Source: Methanobacteriota archaeon (GTDB lineage: Archaea > Thermoplasmatota > Thermoplasmata > SG8-5 > JAGLSY01). Taken from it: a stretch of 64,000 nucleotides of DNA. Position numbers and translations under genes: made by a program. Positions 42,601 through 47,500 of this stretch are shown piece after piece. The stretch lies in assembly GCA_020696385.1 (NCBI GenBank), contig JAEHCQ010000001.1:64001-128000 (forward strand), read 5' to 3'. Position 1 is the stretch's first letter; each line of letters opens with the position of its first letter. The notes beneath the pieces were generated by a model. That model searched no databases. It saw only the letters and a list, made by a program, of their open reading frames with translations, and had not been told where the DNA came from.

Positions 42601-44580
42601 AGTGATGCCCGTAAGAGGATTATCGTATTCATCATAAGCAATTGCATCGAACTGCTGATCATCGCCAACAGTCATTGTTATTGTATCCGGGGTGACATCG
42701 ATATGATGAGCCGGGCCAGTCATGATGGTCGCACTGGCAGTATCGGAAAATGAATTATTAGATACAGTTATTATCGAAGATCCAGGAGTTGTCTGGGCAG
42801 TGTACAGTCCACTTGATGTGATAGAACCAAGATCTGCAGACCAGTCAAATCCAACTCCGGATATCTCATTACCATACAGGTCGAAGGCCTTGGCAGTGAA
42901 TTGCTGGGTGTCTCCGACAGGTACGGTGGCCGTCGATGGACTTATCTCAACGCTGTCGACCCCTCCGATGATGACTTCGATATTGGCAATTCCAGTAACC
43001 GAGCCATTAATGGCAGATATGGTTCCAATTCCAGGTACTGTCTGAGCCGTGTAAAAGCCAGATGCATCCACAGTTCCGACATTCGTACTCCATCCGATAT
43101 CAACACCCGGAATGGCATTATTGTAAATATCATAAGCCACAGCGGAGAATGAAAAGCTGCTTCCAACCTCGATGATCGCTGAAGATGGTGAAACATCTAT
43201 ATGATGAATATCAGCGACAACTATCGTGACACTGGCCGAACTACTGACGCCATCCACGGTAGCGCTCACCGATCCGACATCGGGAGTTGTCTGGGCAGTC
43301 ATTGTGCCTGCAAAATTGATGACACCGATATCCGTGCTCCATAGAATGGTCTCGCCAGCCATAATTTCATCATTCTCATCATAGACCACGGCCGTGAACT
43401 GCTGTTGTGTCCCAACCACGACAGTTGCGGGATCGGGCGTGACCTCGATACGAGCCACATAATTGGGTTCATCCGGAATACTGGCCATTAATATTGACGC
43501 AGTATCTTCCCAGAGAATCGTCTCGCTAATGTCATATCCGATATTTCCAACCGCATCCTGCACTTCCACCTTGATGAGGCATTGGTCATTGGGCTCCACG
43601 GATGGTATCCACAGATAAGAACCGTCATTTGATTCTTTCTCCGCAATGATCGACCAATTGTTACCATCATCCACAGAATAGTAAATGGTCACAGGGTTAC
43701 TGGCCAGGTTGAAATTATCATAGGTCAACCATTTGATCTCATAAATACCATTGACTGAGTATCTCGCTCCGATCTCTGGATCGATCACTATAACTGTTGG
43801 AGCCATAGATTCAATTGTGAAGAAGCTGTCACTGACATCTTGATAGATGTTACCAGCAGCATCTGTCGCACCCACCTTTATAAGACAATCCTCACTGGTC
43901 TCAAGAGGTACTGCCCAGCTATAACTTCCGTCATTGGGCTCATTATCAACTATCAGGGTCCAGTCCAGGCCACCATTGATGGAATAGGATATGTCGATGG
44001 TGATTGGAGAAACAATGTAATTATCAGTAGCAGACCACTGGATATCCCTCATCATGCCACCCTGCCAAACCTCTCTGCCATTTGGATATCGTACGCTGGT
44101 AGAAGGCACGGTGGAATCAATTATGAACTCTGAATCACTCATACCGGATATGGTATTGCCAGCAGTGTCCATCGCACGTATCCTGATAAGACAGTTCTCG
44201 GAAGTGATATGAGGCAATGTCCAATTGAATGATGCATCGACGCTTTCCCTTTCAGCTATCGTGGTCCATGCCATGCCGCCATTTATCGAATAATAGATCA
44301 TGAGAGAATCAGGCGATAGCTCAATGCCATCTTGATCATCCCATATTATCTCAAGGATGTCTCCACCCTTCAGAATGTCTCCACTCGATGGTGCGATCAA
44401 GCTCAAACCAGGAGAATGATCTTCAGATGCAGGAATGGTGATCTCAACATTATCTATAGAGGTGACACTGGCAATGACCGCGGAAAAGCTGGAAATGACC
44501 ATGGTCAATGCGAATAATGTAGCCAATAATCTATTATAATTTCTTGCGCGGGAAATATCCCTCAGCTTATTTGCTTTCAT
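18619..44580 (-). CDS. Giant surface adhesin-like protein 1 (~8,650 aa): signal peptide, 3 N-terminal beta-sandwich repeats, ~20 Ig-like repeats, DUF11-like/VWA/DUF11-like core, ~60 Ig-like repeats, duplicated GWNL domain, C-terminal TM anchor
   Basis: Single uninterrupted ORF; ~83-aa repeat DHI.V.PDP..V.VG..Q.FTA.AYD.YNN.I.G..F.WSTD.G.ID..G.FTAQT.PG.G.VTATNG.VS..A.V.V; MIDAS DNSDS; TM MGTLAIIVLMALFVALYF. Start assigned to ATG 44580 from the ATGA overlap and AGGAGGTG SD. Repeat counts are estimated from the ~249-nt period. Confidence 0.9.
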   Translation of the reverse strand: MKANKLRDISRARNYNRLLATLFALTMVISSFSAVIASVTSIDNVEITIPASEDHSPGLSLIAPSSGDILKGGDILEIIWDDQDGIELSPDSLMIYYSINGGMAWTTIAERESVDASFNWTLPHITSENCLIRIRAMDTAGNTISGMSDSEFIIDSTVPSTSVRYPNGREVWQGGMMRDIQWSATDNYIVSPITIDISYSINGGLDWTLIVDNEPNDGSYSWAVPLETSEDCLIKVGATDAAGNIYQDVSDSFFTIESMAPTVIVIDPEIGARYSVNGIYEIKWLTYDNFNLASNPVTIYYSVDDGNNWSIIAEKESNDGSYLWIPSVEPNDQCLIKVEVQDAVGNIGYDISETILWEDTASILMASIPDEPNYVARIEVTPDPATVVVGTQQQFTAVVYDENDEIMAGETILWSTDIGVINFAGTMTAQTTPDVGSVSATVDGVSSSASVTIVVADIHHIDVSPSSAIIEVGSSFSFSAVAYDIYNNAIPGVDIGWSTNVGTVDASGFYTAQTVPGIGTISAINGSVTGIANIEVIIGGVDSVEISPSTATVPVGDTQQFTAKAFDLYGNEISGVGFDWSADLGSITSSGLYTAQTTPGSSIITVSNNSFSDTASATIMTGPAHHIDVTPDTITMTVGDDQQFDAIAYDEYDNPLTGITFTWSTDVGTIDTSGLFTAQTIPGTGEVTAVSNSITGTAFVTAEIGGLDHIDVMPDPISVTVGGQQQFTATAYDSFGNEITGMLFDWSTDVGTIDTSGFFLAQSTPSIGSVIATNGTLTGTAFVEVSVGTVDHITISPNTLTIMVGDIQQFSATVYDQFNNVIPSPLLFWTSTAGVVNSTGYFSAQTVPGTGVVSVTSGSVTVTANITVLVGPIDHIIVTPSPLTMVVGASQSFTAEAFDVYDNPLLGIDFTWSTDIGSVDVNGTFTARITPGSGIVSATNSSVSGNVPISIIPGVIDHLSVAPDPATVVVGKSRQFTATARDIYGNLITGLDFTWSTDIGSVDANGLFTAQTLVSVGVVQAYNNSFTGFATVTLVPDLVDRIEIDPNPITIQVGQGQQFTAIGYDQYDNSISGMAFDWNTNVGSVDNNGLFTAQITPSTGIVEATNGSVTGNASVFVILGDIDHIVVMPSPVSVHIGETQQFTAVAYDAFNNSIPGVSFFWNTGLGVVNSTGFFTAFTVSGNGFVNATANSVTGSASVEVLADVLHHIEIIPSPVSVVVGFSQPFTAMGYDVYNNHIPNATFFWTTDMGVVNFAGVFTAQVITGTGYVNATSGSITGTAVVNVVPSAIHHIDVTPDPANIEVGQNDQFSANAYDIYNNPIPGVVFTWSTDVGTVDASGRLTAQTTPAIGSITASNGTMDGVAVVNVIVGQIDHITVLPDPANIVVGDTQIFTAMAYDGYDNPIPGVGFIWSTDVGSIDQLGSFTAQIIPGTGTVTAFNNTISGVAAVNVIVGPLDHISVTPDPYSIVVGDTQSFTAVGYDLYNNTITGMEFVWSVNIGSVDQSGFFTAPTIPGTAFVTASNSSVSGFATVSVISGDVDHIIISPDPAIVVVGDSQAFTAVAYDLYNNVIPGVGLIWNSNVGTVDASGLFTAQTMTGAGTVTATNNSIVGSAAVNVVVGPIDHIDVLPDPASVVVGESQSFSAIAYDLYNNVIPGVNFTWSTDIGTIDTSGLFVAATIPGIGIVTAINSTITGSANVEVLVGPVDHIIINPDPATVEVGGSQTFTAEAYDLYNNLITGAIFLWDTNVGVVSSGGYLTAQTIPGSGLVNATSGGVTGFAVVDVVPGDIAIIIVIPDPCTIIVGDSQQFMAMAYDAYSNLITNIDLIWSTDVGSINSTGFFTAQTTPGMGSVTATNGSVSGSSNVNVIAGPLDRITVSPDPWAMNADSGKQFIATGYDLYDNLVPISPAWEVDGGGSVSASGYFIADIVGTWTIYANDSGVSGSATITIIHGQAVSIDISPATATITTDDIVSYTAIAYDANGNSWNVTSGTVFTDNDPLGTTMLNVYSAGQVGTWTIIGNYGGLLDSASVNVLPGAASFIVLDSPSQVTIGELFSVTVTVYDADGNVKTDYAGTIDLSSTDPYPAVLPAGHTYTGPDAGTFTFTDLILYTRPSQLLTASDILDTWLNDTDSIDIISPNISPVKLAPAKAESGDIITYTIYYNNSGETTAQDVWLNDTLPANVSFISASAGGIEAGGIVSWHFSNVLPGISSVTMTVGVDVGLSNGVLLTNWVFCNYTTNTDHLLPETMDNATTRVFYLPSMAVSKTVERIFKDIVVEPNQWGSTSVGSTISYMVNITNLQSIADSVDMDYLSRLEWPVQLFNSDWSPLVDTNGNAFPDTGILPADGGNISIMVNITIPLTAVVGQEEFTYIIGTSFNDADVLDIAQINTTAILPTGGDNLVGIFIDNSDSMTSRFNATGASWLDVAKAGAKNLISDLSDSSAVSIYSTKGANIVEIIEMTTLTAAGRTSVNTEIDTIAEGQMTPVWDGTGLAYMSTRNAKNDPTHPEWAGHYPAVVSLTDGFDYQSKDSSASGNVESASDTWCPWHPMDPPAYPSTAFPTFTYNWHIGKYAYPFTLYPPGALWMNATNLGVRQGLLYSDIPIYTIGLGLEHYDNISTPVRHTMPAPNEFDGINATYDGPGSNESGTSEYNLWRVSNTSYGEYYYSPTATELIGIFQAIGAAIGHGSAPATGAKGTISSGDSLRYTIYYNNTGIGDAGHVWVNDSLPAPLIFMNSNASVPWTFVDGHYSWHFTNVTPGLHWFWVDVEIDNTVIENESIVNEVFMNYTDIDGISLPGSNDTAAVTISAPVISIDKLVSATTALPGDMLNYTIYYNNTGSSMALFIWVNDSFDQYLSFVSDSAPVSPIINGNNYSWKIPAVMPGVYYFNITVQVLDGTPGGTMISNRIISEYINDNNIKHNESVISNIVNTSISNTRIDIEKIVDAPISDPLDTLTYTIYYNNTGTDPSDFVWINDTLPVGVTFSSATGGGTESGGVVSWALTDVPPGIHSVQIVAQVNADVPDGTLLMNTASLNYTDDLGVMLPPSQTEALSVCGVLNLTKTSDLVLVPASGTTTVRLTIEVYNAHPTLGLDNVIISDTLPLGISWVGNVVASDGSWNWDGTTLDWTILNIPALGIETLSFDVSISPAGVGAYSLNNGALATGTTDTGYIENAISNTVIVDAVNAPILDLVMWPDTIISNSTETFYLNVTNIGTDGIFQDADGDVVEIIIPIDWGTPSNINTMPGWTSQWLGGSRTLRFNYTAGSDLSWFSGTTQIFNFDLLAPSIQDMYDFDAIGTIHDGGAFQYNTSKSLSVDVVLGVLDHIVVLPDPSFVVVGGTRSFTATAYDTYNNVIPNIEFTWTTDIGTIDVAGLLTAQTIVSVGIATATNGSVSGNANVNVIADSFDHILVTPDPITMGAGMTQQFTATAHDIYGNVISGYDFDWTTDIGSIDDTGLLTAQTIPATGFVMAMNNSISYSSTVNVIPGSVDEIIVSPNPVMITVGGSQAFTAVAYDVHDNVVPGIVFTWSTDMGSIDASGQLTAQTSPGIGTVTATNGTFSGSASVSVMADVLDHILVTPDPASILVGQLQVFTAIGYDIYDNPLLGIDFVWSTDVGSIDANGLFTAQITPDSGFVNATNGSITGSSVTNVIEGTVDHIIITPDPATVIAGSIQAFTASAYDIFNNPIPGATFIWFTDVGAIDASGLLTAQTTPASGQVTAVNGSVSATATVDVIPGLVDHIVVIPDPATIKVGESQLFMATAYDIHDNVIPGMDFVWNTDVGAVNSTGYFTAQIVPGAGIVTATNGTVTGTVVVNVIVGDVDTITVSPDPAAIAVGDTLQFTAIAHDVYSNIIPNAPFVWSTDVGVVNSTGYFTAHTVPGAGIVNVSIGLVYDSATVDIVLGPLDRIVVTPDSIQVEVAGTRSFTATAYDAYNNIMPGVVFSWSTDVGSIDAFGQYTAQSSPGNGIVTATNGTVSGSASVDVKVGALDHIMVTPDPATVEVGSDQLFTAIAYDVFDNVVSGVDFTWTTDAGSIDASGLFTAQTALGTGIVTATNGTISYSAIVDIVLGSIHHIIVSPNSASITVGGTQAFSAIAYDTYNNILPGVSFTWSTDVGTIDGTGLFTARTMPGTGIVSASNGTISESADVEVLVGALDHIIISPDPATVIVGGSVTFTASGYDIYNNLISGIDFVWSTDIGAIDGTGTLTAQTVPGAGIVSATNGSVSATAVVDVVTGSVDHIIVNPDPVSVMVGGTQTFTAIAYDVFNNVLSGVDFTWTTDVGTIDASGLFTAQALPEVGIVTARNNTVTYSATVSVAAGALAYIIISPDTTTVVVGETNAFTAICYDTFNNVVLGVDLIWTTDSGSIDGFGLFTAQTTPGSGIVTATNGSVSDTASVDIVVGPVDSMIITPILVNVTVGESTQFTATAYDVYNNLIPDATILWSTTVGVANATGWFTAQTNPAIGWVNATSGGVSATANVEITMGVVDHIDVTPDPLNIIVGGTRQFTAIAYDVYNNIMPGYDFVWTTDIGTINATGYFTAGTTPGIGLVTATNDTMSGTSNVEILIGALDHISIVPNTAIVEAGDTLLFTAIGFDIYNNIMPGIDFVWTTDSGSVDASGQFIAQTIPSSGYVMAMNGTINASATVQIVAGSLDHIVVSPDPLTMIVGDTQAFTATGYDIYNNTIAGLVFSWTTDIGSVDASGLLMSDTIPGTGIVSATNGSVSGTSSITIIQGPIDHIVIVPDPVTIVVGQTQSFTATAYDVYNNSIPGVGLIWSTDVGSIDNAGLFTAQTISGSGVVTAANGTVTSTAIVNIVAGAIDRVDITPDLLNITVGDLQSFTATAYDAYNNIIIGVVFTWSTDIGSVDAFGSFIADTTPGTGIVSAMNGTFSDSSNVNVIVGDLDHIIVLPNPASITVGDFQQFTATAYDAYNNTIPGVSFFWNTSLGVVNSTGFFTAFTVPQTGFVNATSGSVTGTALVDIIPGALDHIMVTPDPVNVIINGDLQFTAIAYDIFNNPISGVDFVWITNVGSVNATGYFTAQNSPGIGTITAINGTFSDSADIDVINAGIDHIIVVPDPATVTVGGTQSFIGIAYDVFNNVLSGVEFNWSTTIGAINGNGQFTAPTIPGSGTVTAENGTVSYSVIVNIILGPVDHIMVMPDPATIAVGDNQSFVAMAYDIYNNFIPGVIFTWTTDVGSMDSFGLYTAQTVPGSGIATATNGSVAGVAVIDIIAGPVDHIIILPDPAIVTVGEFYQFTATAYDVYNNVISNAPMSWSTDVGVINSTGYLAAQSTPGMGIINVVSGGILANASIEIILGPVDHIIVSPTPITMIIDGEAPFSAVAYDIYNNEIPGVEFTWSTGIGSVNETGYFTAQSSPATGSVTATNGTVSGSANVNIIIAMVDHIIVTPDPVTIFAGGVQVFTAVAYDLSNNIIPGVSFTWTTDVGFIDASGQFTAMTIPGAGTIMAMNGTINDSAIVNVIPGSLDHIIVLPDPITIIAGHSQSFIAIGYDIFDNEIPGMAFVWTTDIGSIDQNGQLTAQTLPGSGIVTATNGTISYSAVVDIITDELDHIIILPDPATVIVGQTQVFVATGYDIYNNQISGMNFVWTTNIGSVDMSGLLTAQTTAGIGIVTATNGTVSYSATVNVIPGAPDHIIVSPDPATVEAGTFQAFAATVYDIYNNAISGADLIWTTDVGSIGISGMLIAQTTTGVGIVTASNGTLSDSASVTIIVGSMDHIIVLPDPVSTMVGSDVQFTAIAYDIYNNPISGTFFTWATDAGFVNSTGYFTAQTTPGVGTVTATSGAISDSASVQILVGALDHIVVTPDPVSIIVNGNLAFTAQTYDVYNNEISGIDLVWSTDIGIIDMTGQLTAQSSPGTGSVTATNGTVSYSVIVDVIDVVIDHIVVLPDPVSLIVGTSRSFTATAYDILNNEIMGVDFVWSTDVGSIGASGSFTAQMIPGIGVVTATNGTVSGSAVVDVFSVTIDHIVVMPDPVSIVAGETQTFTATAYDSFNNPIVGIDLTWSTDIGSVDATGFFTAQIALGIGVVTATNGTVSGSATVIIIAGAIDSIVMLQDPVSLVVGGTQAFTAVAFDVYGNVVSGVTFDWSTDIGSVDTSGLFTAQTISGTGIVTATNGSASYSSTVNVLPGSIDHIVVMPDPSTVVVGSNLQFTAMAYDVYNNAIPGVDFIWTTDVGSVDDTGLFTADTTPGIGIISAMNSTISDSADITIIIGALDHLTISPDPATVIVGTQQVFTATGYDMYDNPLPATDVIWATDIGSIDIFGLLTAQTVPGIGIVSAINGTVTYSATVDIIIGPIDHIIVDPTPITIAVGDDQSFTAAAFDIYNNEIPGIDFTWSTDIGSIDAAGLLTTQTVPGTGSAIATNGTISGSAIVNVVAGELDHIIVAPDPSDIVVGGTQLFTALGYDVYDNEISGIIFDWSTDIGSVDGTGLLTAQTIPGTGSITAFNGSVSASATVTTVIGPIDHIMITPDPASIIIDASHLFIATAYDIYNNEIPGVTFTWSTNIGSVDATGFFTAQSTLGSGTITATNGTISGVAGIDVILTIDHIIVLPNPGMVEVGETRTFTAIAYDEFDNPISGVTFTWSTDIGTIDGSGDLTAPTFTGIGTVTATNGTVSGLASVIVIPGSIHHIVVIPDVFNVVVDDTKTFVAIAFDQFNNALSGIGFDWTTNIGTIDATGNFTAQSITASGTVTASNGTISSVALVDVIPGPIDHIILGPDPCTVPVGELLAFTATAYDIYNNIVPNADFIWSTDIGSINSIGEFIAQTVPGTGIVTATNGTVSDVANVFVVLGAVDHIVVTPNTVSMLVGTTQSFSAVVYDAYDNIIPGVDLVWGTDIGIIDVAGSFTAQIISGTGVVTASNGSVECSVPITLTPGALDHIGVMPDPVTVVVGEARLFSAIAYDVYNNEITGIGFDWSTDVGVIDVAGLLTAQTTPGTGTVTATNGTISDTADVTIIVGPVHHIVLSPATATIIVGDVQLFMAMAYDVYNNEITGVDLIWTTDAGLVDASGSFTAQTIPGSGYVAATNGSVSSSSTVNIVPGALDHILVTPDPKTIVAGASLVFTATAYDVYDNVIVGIGYDWSTDLGTVDNSGLFTAVTVPGAGTVTAVNETISNFADVNIVPGPLDHIEVMPDPATVIVGDDQTFTASGYDIYDNVIAGIGFVWSTDAGTIDVTGLFTARTTPGTGSVTATNGTISGQSDLEILIDSLDHIEVLPNPIDIVAGETQQFTIILYDVYNNIIPNADRDWSTDVGTIDATGLFTAQAMTGTGIVTATNGTISDSAIVNIIPGAVDHIEVLPNPVTVMAGATKSFSAIAYDVYNNVIPGTTFVWSSDIGTIASGNFIAQTTPGTGVVTATNGTISDTAIVTIVPGLVDHIDISPDSLVIVVDASQQFTAIAYDIFNNLVPSADLIWTSDVGTINATGFFMSFTTPGIGSVTVSNGTASGSVIVDVVIGNIDHILIVPDPISIAAGNTQQFIATAYDSLDNVIVGVEFIWTSDVGTVDGTGLFTAQTMIGTGIVTATNDSSSYSAVVDIVPNIMDHIDVLPSPASVIVGSTQLFTAIAYDVYDNVIVGVEFSWSADIGSVDATGLFTASSAPGSGNVTATNGSISGVSNVDIVYGAIDHIIVLPDPVSLQVGDTQSFTAVGYDSYNNAIPGTVFTWTTNIGTIDGTGLFTARTTPGAGIVTATNNSVSYSVPITVFIGPLDHITVLPDPAAMIVDASLQLTAIAYDVYDNEIPGVVFTWNTNVGSIDASGLLTAQSITGSGTATATNGTISGFTVVDVMVGGIDHIQVTPNQVSIIVGSNMLFTAVAYDVMDNVIPGVDFIWSTDIGFVDAFGSFTAQTVPGTGIITATNDTFSYSVNITVTPGPIDHIVISPNSATVSVGDTQAFSAIAYDLYNNEISGVGFSWSTDVGSVDNSGLFLAQTIPGIGSVTATNGSVSDSVNVDVTIGSVDHIIMTPASLSLSVGGIGFFSAIAYDAYNNEIIGATFVWSTDIGSITATGIFTAQTTTGNGFVNVTFGAVTSSAVVDILPGSLDHISISPDPASVQVGDLQQFTATALDVYNNAIPGIGLVWASDVGSVDATGNFTAQIIPGMGSITVSNGTINASAVVNILIGDIDHIDITPNSISVVVGTLQSFSAVAYDQYNNVAIGASFTWITDVGSIGSTGLFTAQTITGSGVVTASLGFANVSALVTILPGAIDHIMISPGPLISIIVGGTVQFTATGYDIYNNVIPGLTFIWGTSIGAIDTNGLLTAQSTAGFGFIAALNSLVVGSTNADIVDISIDHIELTPSVLTIPVGLTQDFTGTAYDVFDNVILGVDFIWSTTVGTIDATGFFTAPMTPTSGTVTLSYGTLTDTSLVTVEQNRFTIDLDIGWNLISIPLIMSDTSILSVLSSISGDWDQVMYYNSTDTFDHWKSYSTSKPVALNDLFDIDHSMGFWINMISASTLNVSGDRPNNEHMTLHAGWNLIGYPTLNSTVTIGTALAGTGYDKIEGFNALSPYDLEALPDTHVMVPGAGYWVHVPSDIVWNVIMSVPSPVDMGMRNSLPDDISTRGGSDIDMASLIESPSTTSTSETDAFDDDTDIVAHYSMVTSGMMSMGTLAIIVLMALFVALYFNVLDRRNDKNQDRKWFRSENSLGKDD
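36540..37400 (-). other. von Willebrand factor A domain of giant protein 1
   Basis: VGIFIDNSDSM (DxSxS), GQMTPVWD, VVSLTDG, IYTIGLG, GEYYYSPTATEL. Confidence 0.85.
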
Positions 44581-47500
44581 AATATCCACCTCCTGGATCG
44601 AACATTAAATACCATTACCAATAAACCGATCAGAATAAGGATGAATGACATGGTTCCAGAGATATCCTTCACATTGAATTCCTTGTGGCCTATGACCAGC
44701 ATGCCATCTGCCGGATCCATTGTCATACTTGGATCTTCCATGGCCGTATCATCAACCATCCAGATCGTATCTTCAAACATGAAAGGATCAGACCCACCTC
44801 TGGTGGATATGTCACCGGGCAATGAATCCCGCATGCCCATATCGACAGGGGAAGGAACGGACATGATGACATTCCAGACAATATCACTTGGAACATGCAC
44901 CCAGTAACCAGCTCCAGGAACCATGACATGAGTGTCTGGAAGGGCTTCCAGATCGTAAGGAGATAGAGCATTGAAACCCTCTATCTTGTCATAGCCTGTA
45001 CCGGCAAGGGCAGTGCCGATGGTGACAGTACTATTCAGGGTTGGATAACCAATGAGGTTCCAACCAGCATGAAGTGTCATGTGCTCATTGTTCGGACGAT
45101 CTCCAGTGACATTCAGGGTGGCGACGTTCAGCATGTGGATCCAGAAACCCATCGTGTGATCGATGTTAGATAGATCATTCAAAACAACGGGCCTCATTGT
45201 GGAGTAGGTTTTCCAATGATCAAAGGTATCTGTTGAATTATAATACATGACCTGATCCCAATCACCACTTATCGAAGATAGTACAGATAGAGTGGAAGTA
45301 TCAGACATGATCAATGGTATCGAAATAAGATTCCAGCCAATATCAAGGTCAATGGTGAACCTGTTCTGCTCAACGGTCACAAGGGAAGTGTCGGTCAATG
45401 TGCCATAGGTGATCGTGACAATGCCAGAGGCAGGGGTCATCTGAGCAGTGAATAAACCAGTATTATCAATGGTGCCGACGGTCGTGCCCCATATGAAATC
45501 AACACCCAATATCACATTATTGAAAACATCGTAAGCAGTTCCTGTAAAGTCCTCCGTCAGACCAACTGGAATTGCCAAGACCGAGGGAGTCAGTTCGATG
45601 TGATCGATCGGCACATCGACTATATTGACATTTGTAGAACCGACGACCAAACCATTCAGGGCGGCGACAAAGCCAAAGCCAACTGTGGATTGAGCAGTAA
45701 GCAGACCATTCGTATCAATAGTACCGGCACTGGTGCCCCAGGCGAATGGAATACCTGGTATGGCATTGTCGTAAACATCATAGGCAAGTGCAGTGAACTG
45801 AACAGTACCTCCAATAATAACATTCACTACGGGACCTGGATAGACAATTATATGATCTGTGGCTCCTGGAATGATAGTGACAATGGCAGAAGTGCTGATG
45901 GTGCCAAAGGTGGCAGTCACCACACCAGATGCGGTTATTGTCTGAGCGGTGAAAACACCAGTGAAGGTTATTGATCCAACATCAGTACTCCATGTGAAAG
46001 GCACGCCGGTTGCCGCATTATTGTATTGATCATATGCAACGGCACTGAAGGATTGAGTAGTTCCAACGACCACTGAAGCTGGATCTGGAGTGATATCAAT
46101 ATGGTCGATATCACCTATCAGGATATTCACAACTGCAGAAGCATTGATAGTGCCATTACTAACAATGATGGAACCAAAGCCAGGAGTGATCTGAGCGGTG
46201 AAATTACCAGTGGCATCAACAGTACCAACATCAGAGACCCACACAAGGTCAATGCCTGGTATGGCATTATTGTAAACATCAAGGGCAGCTGCAGTGAATT
46301 GTTGGATATCACCAACTTGAACAGAAGCAGGATCGGGTGATATTGTTATGTGATCGATAGGCCCAGGTAGAACATCCACCAAGACGGGACTTGTGACTGC
46401 TCCAAATGTCACATTCACAAAGCCATTTCCAGTGGTTATCTGGGCGGTGAAATTACCAGTGGCATCAACAGTACCAACATCAGTACTCCAGGTGAAGATC
46501 GCGCTTATTATCTCATTATTGTAAGCATCATAGGCAATTGCACTGAAGGAAGCACTTCCACCAACAATGATCGAGAGTGATGCTGGGGTCACAATGATAT
46601 GATCGACATCTCCAATTGCAACATCAACATTTACAGAGTCGCTGACAGAACCATTAATCGCAGTCACATAGCCAGCTCCCGGTATGGTCTGGGCCACGAA
46701 GATACCATTGATATCAATGGAACCCACATTGGTACTCCATAAGAATCCAACACCAGGAATGGCATTATTGTACTGATCATAAGCAATAGCGATGAAAGGC
46801 TCACTGTCTCCAACACTAACTGTCGCAGGATCTGGAGATACAGCTATATGATGAATTGAACCTGGAATGATAGTGATGATGGCGGAGTAGCTGAAAGAAC
46901 CATTGGAAGCTGTAACAATACCAGTATCTGGAACAATCTGGGCTATGAAATAGCCAGTTGGTCCTACAGTTCCGACATCAGTGTTCCATAAGAAATCCAC
47001 TCCAGGTATCACATTATCCAACACATCATAGGCTACTGCAGTGAATGACTGACTGGAACCTGCAGTGATGGAAACTGGGTCGGGAGTTATTAGGATATGA
47101 TCTATACCGCCAAACATGACATCGACCACTACAGAATCACTTATCGTATCATTGGTGGCTGTGACAGTACCGGAGCCGGCCATTGACTGGGCGGTCAGTA
47201 GACCGGTAGCATCGATAGTACCAACATTCGTATTCCAAATGAAATCCACTCCTGATATCTCATTATCATAAACATCATAGGCAATTGCAGTAAGCTGGAG
47301 AGTGTCATCAACAATCACGGCAGCAGGATCGGGTAGAACTGTAATATGATCCAGAGGTCCGATAAGTAAGGTGACTGGAACAGAGCGGCTTACAGAATTG
47401 TTCGTGGCAGTGACAACTCCAAGTCCTGGAACTGTTCGGGCAGTGAAGAAACCTGTACCATCAATAGTACCGATATTGGTGGTCCATGTGAAAACAGTTC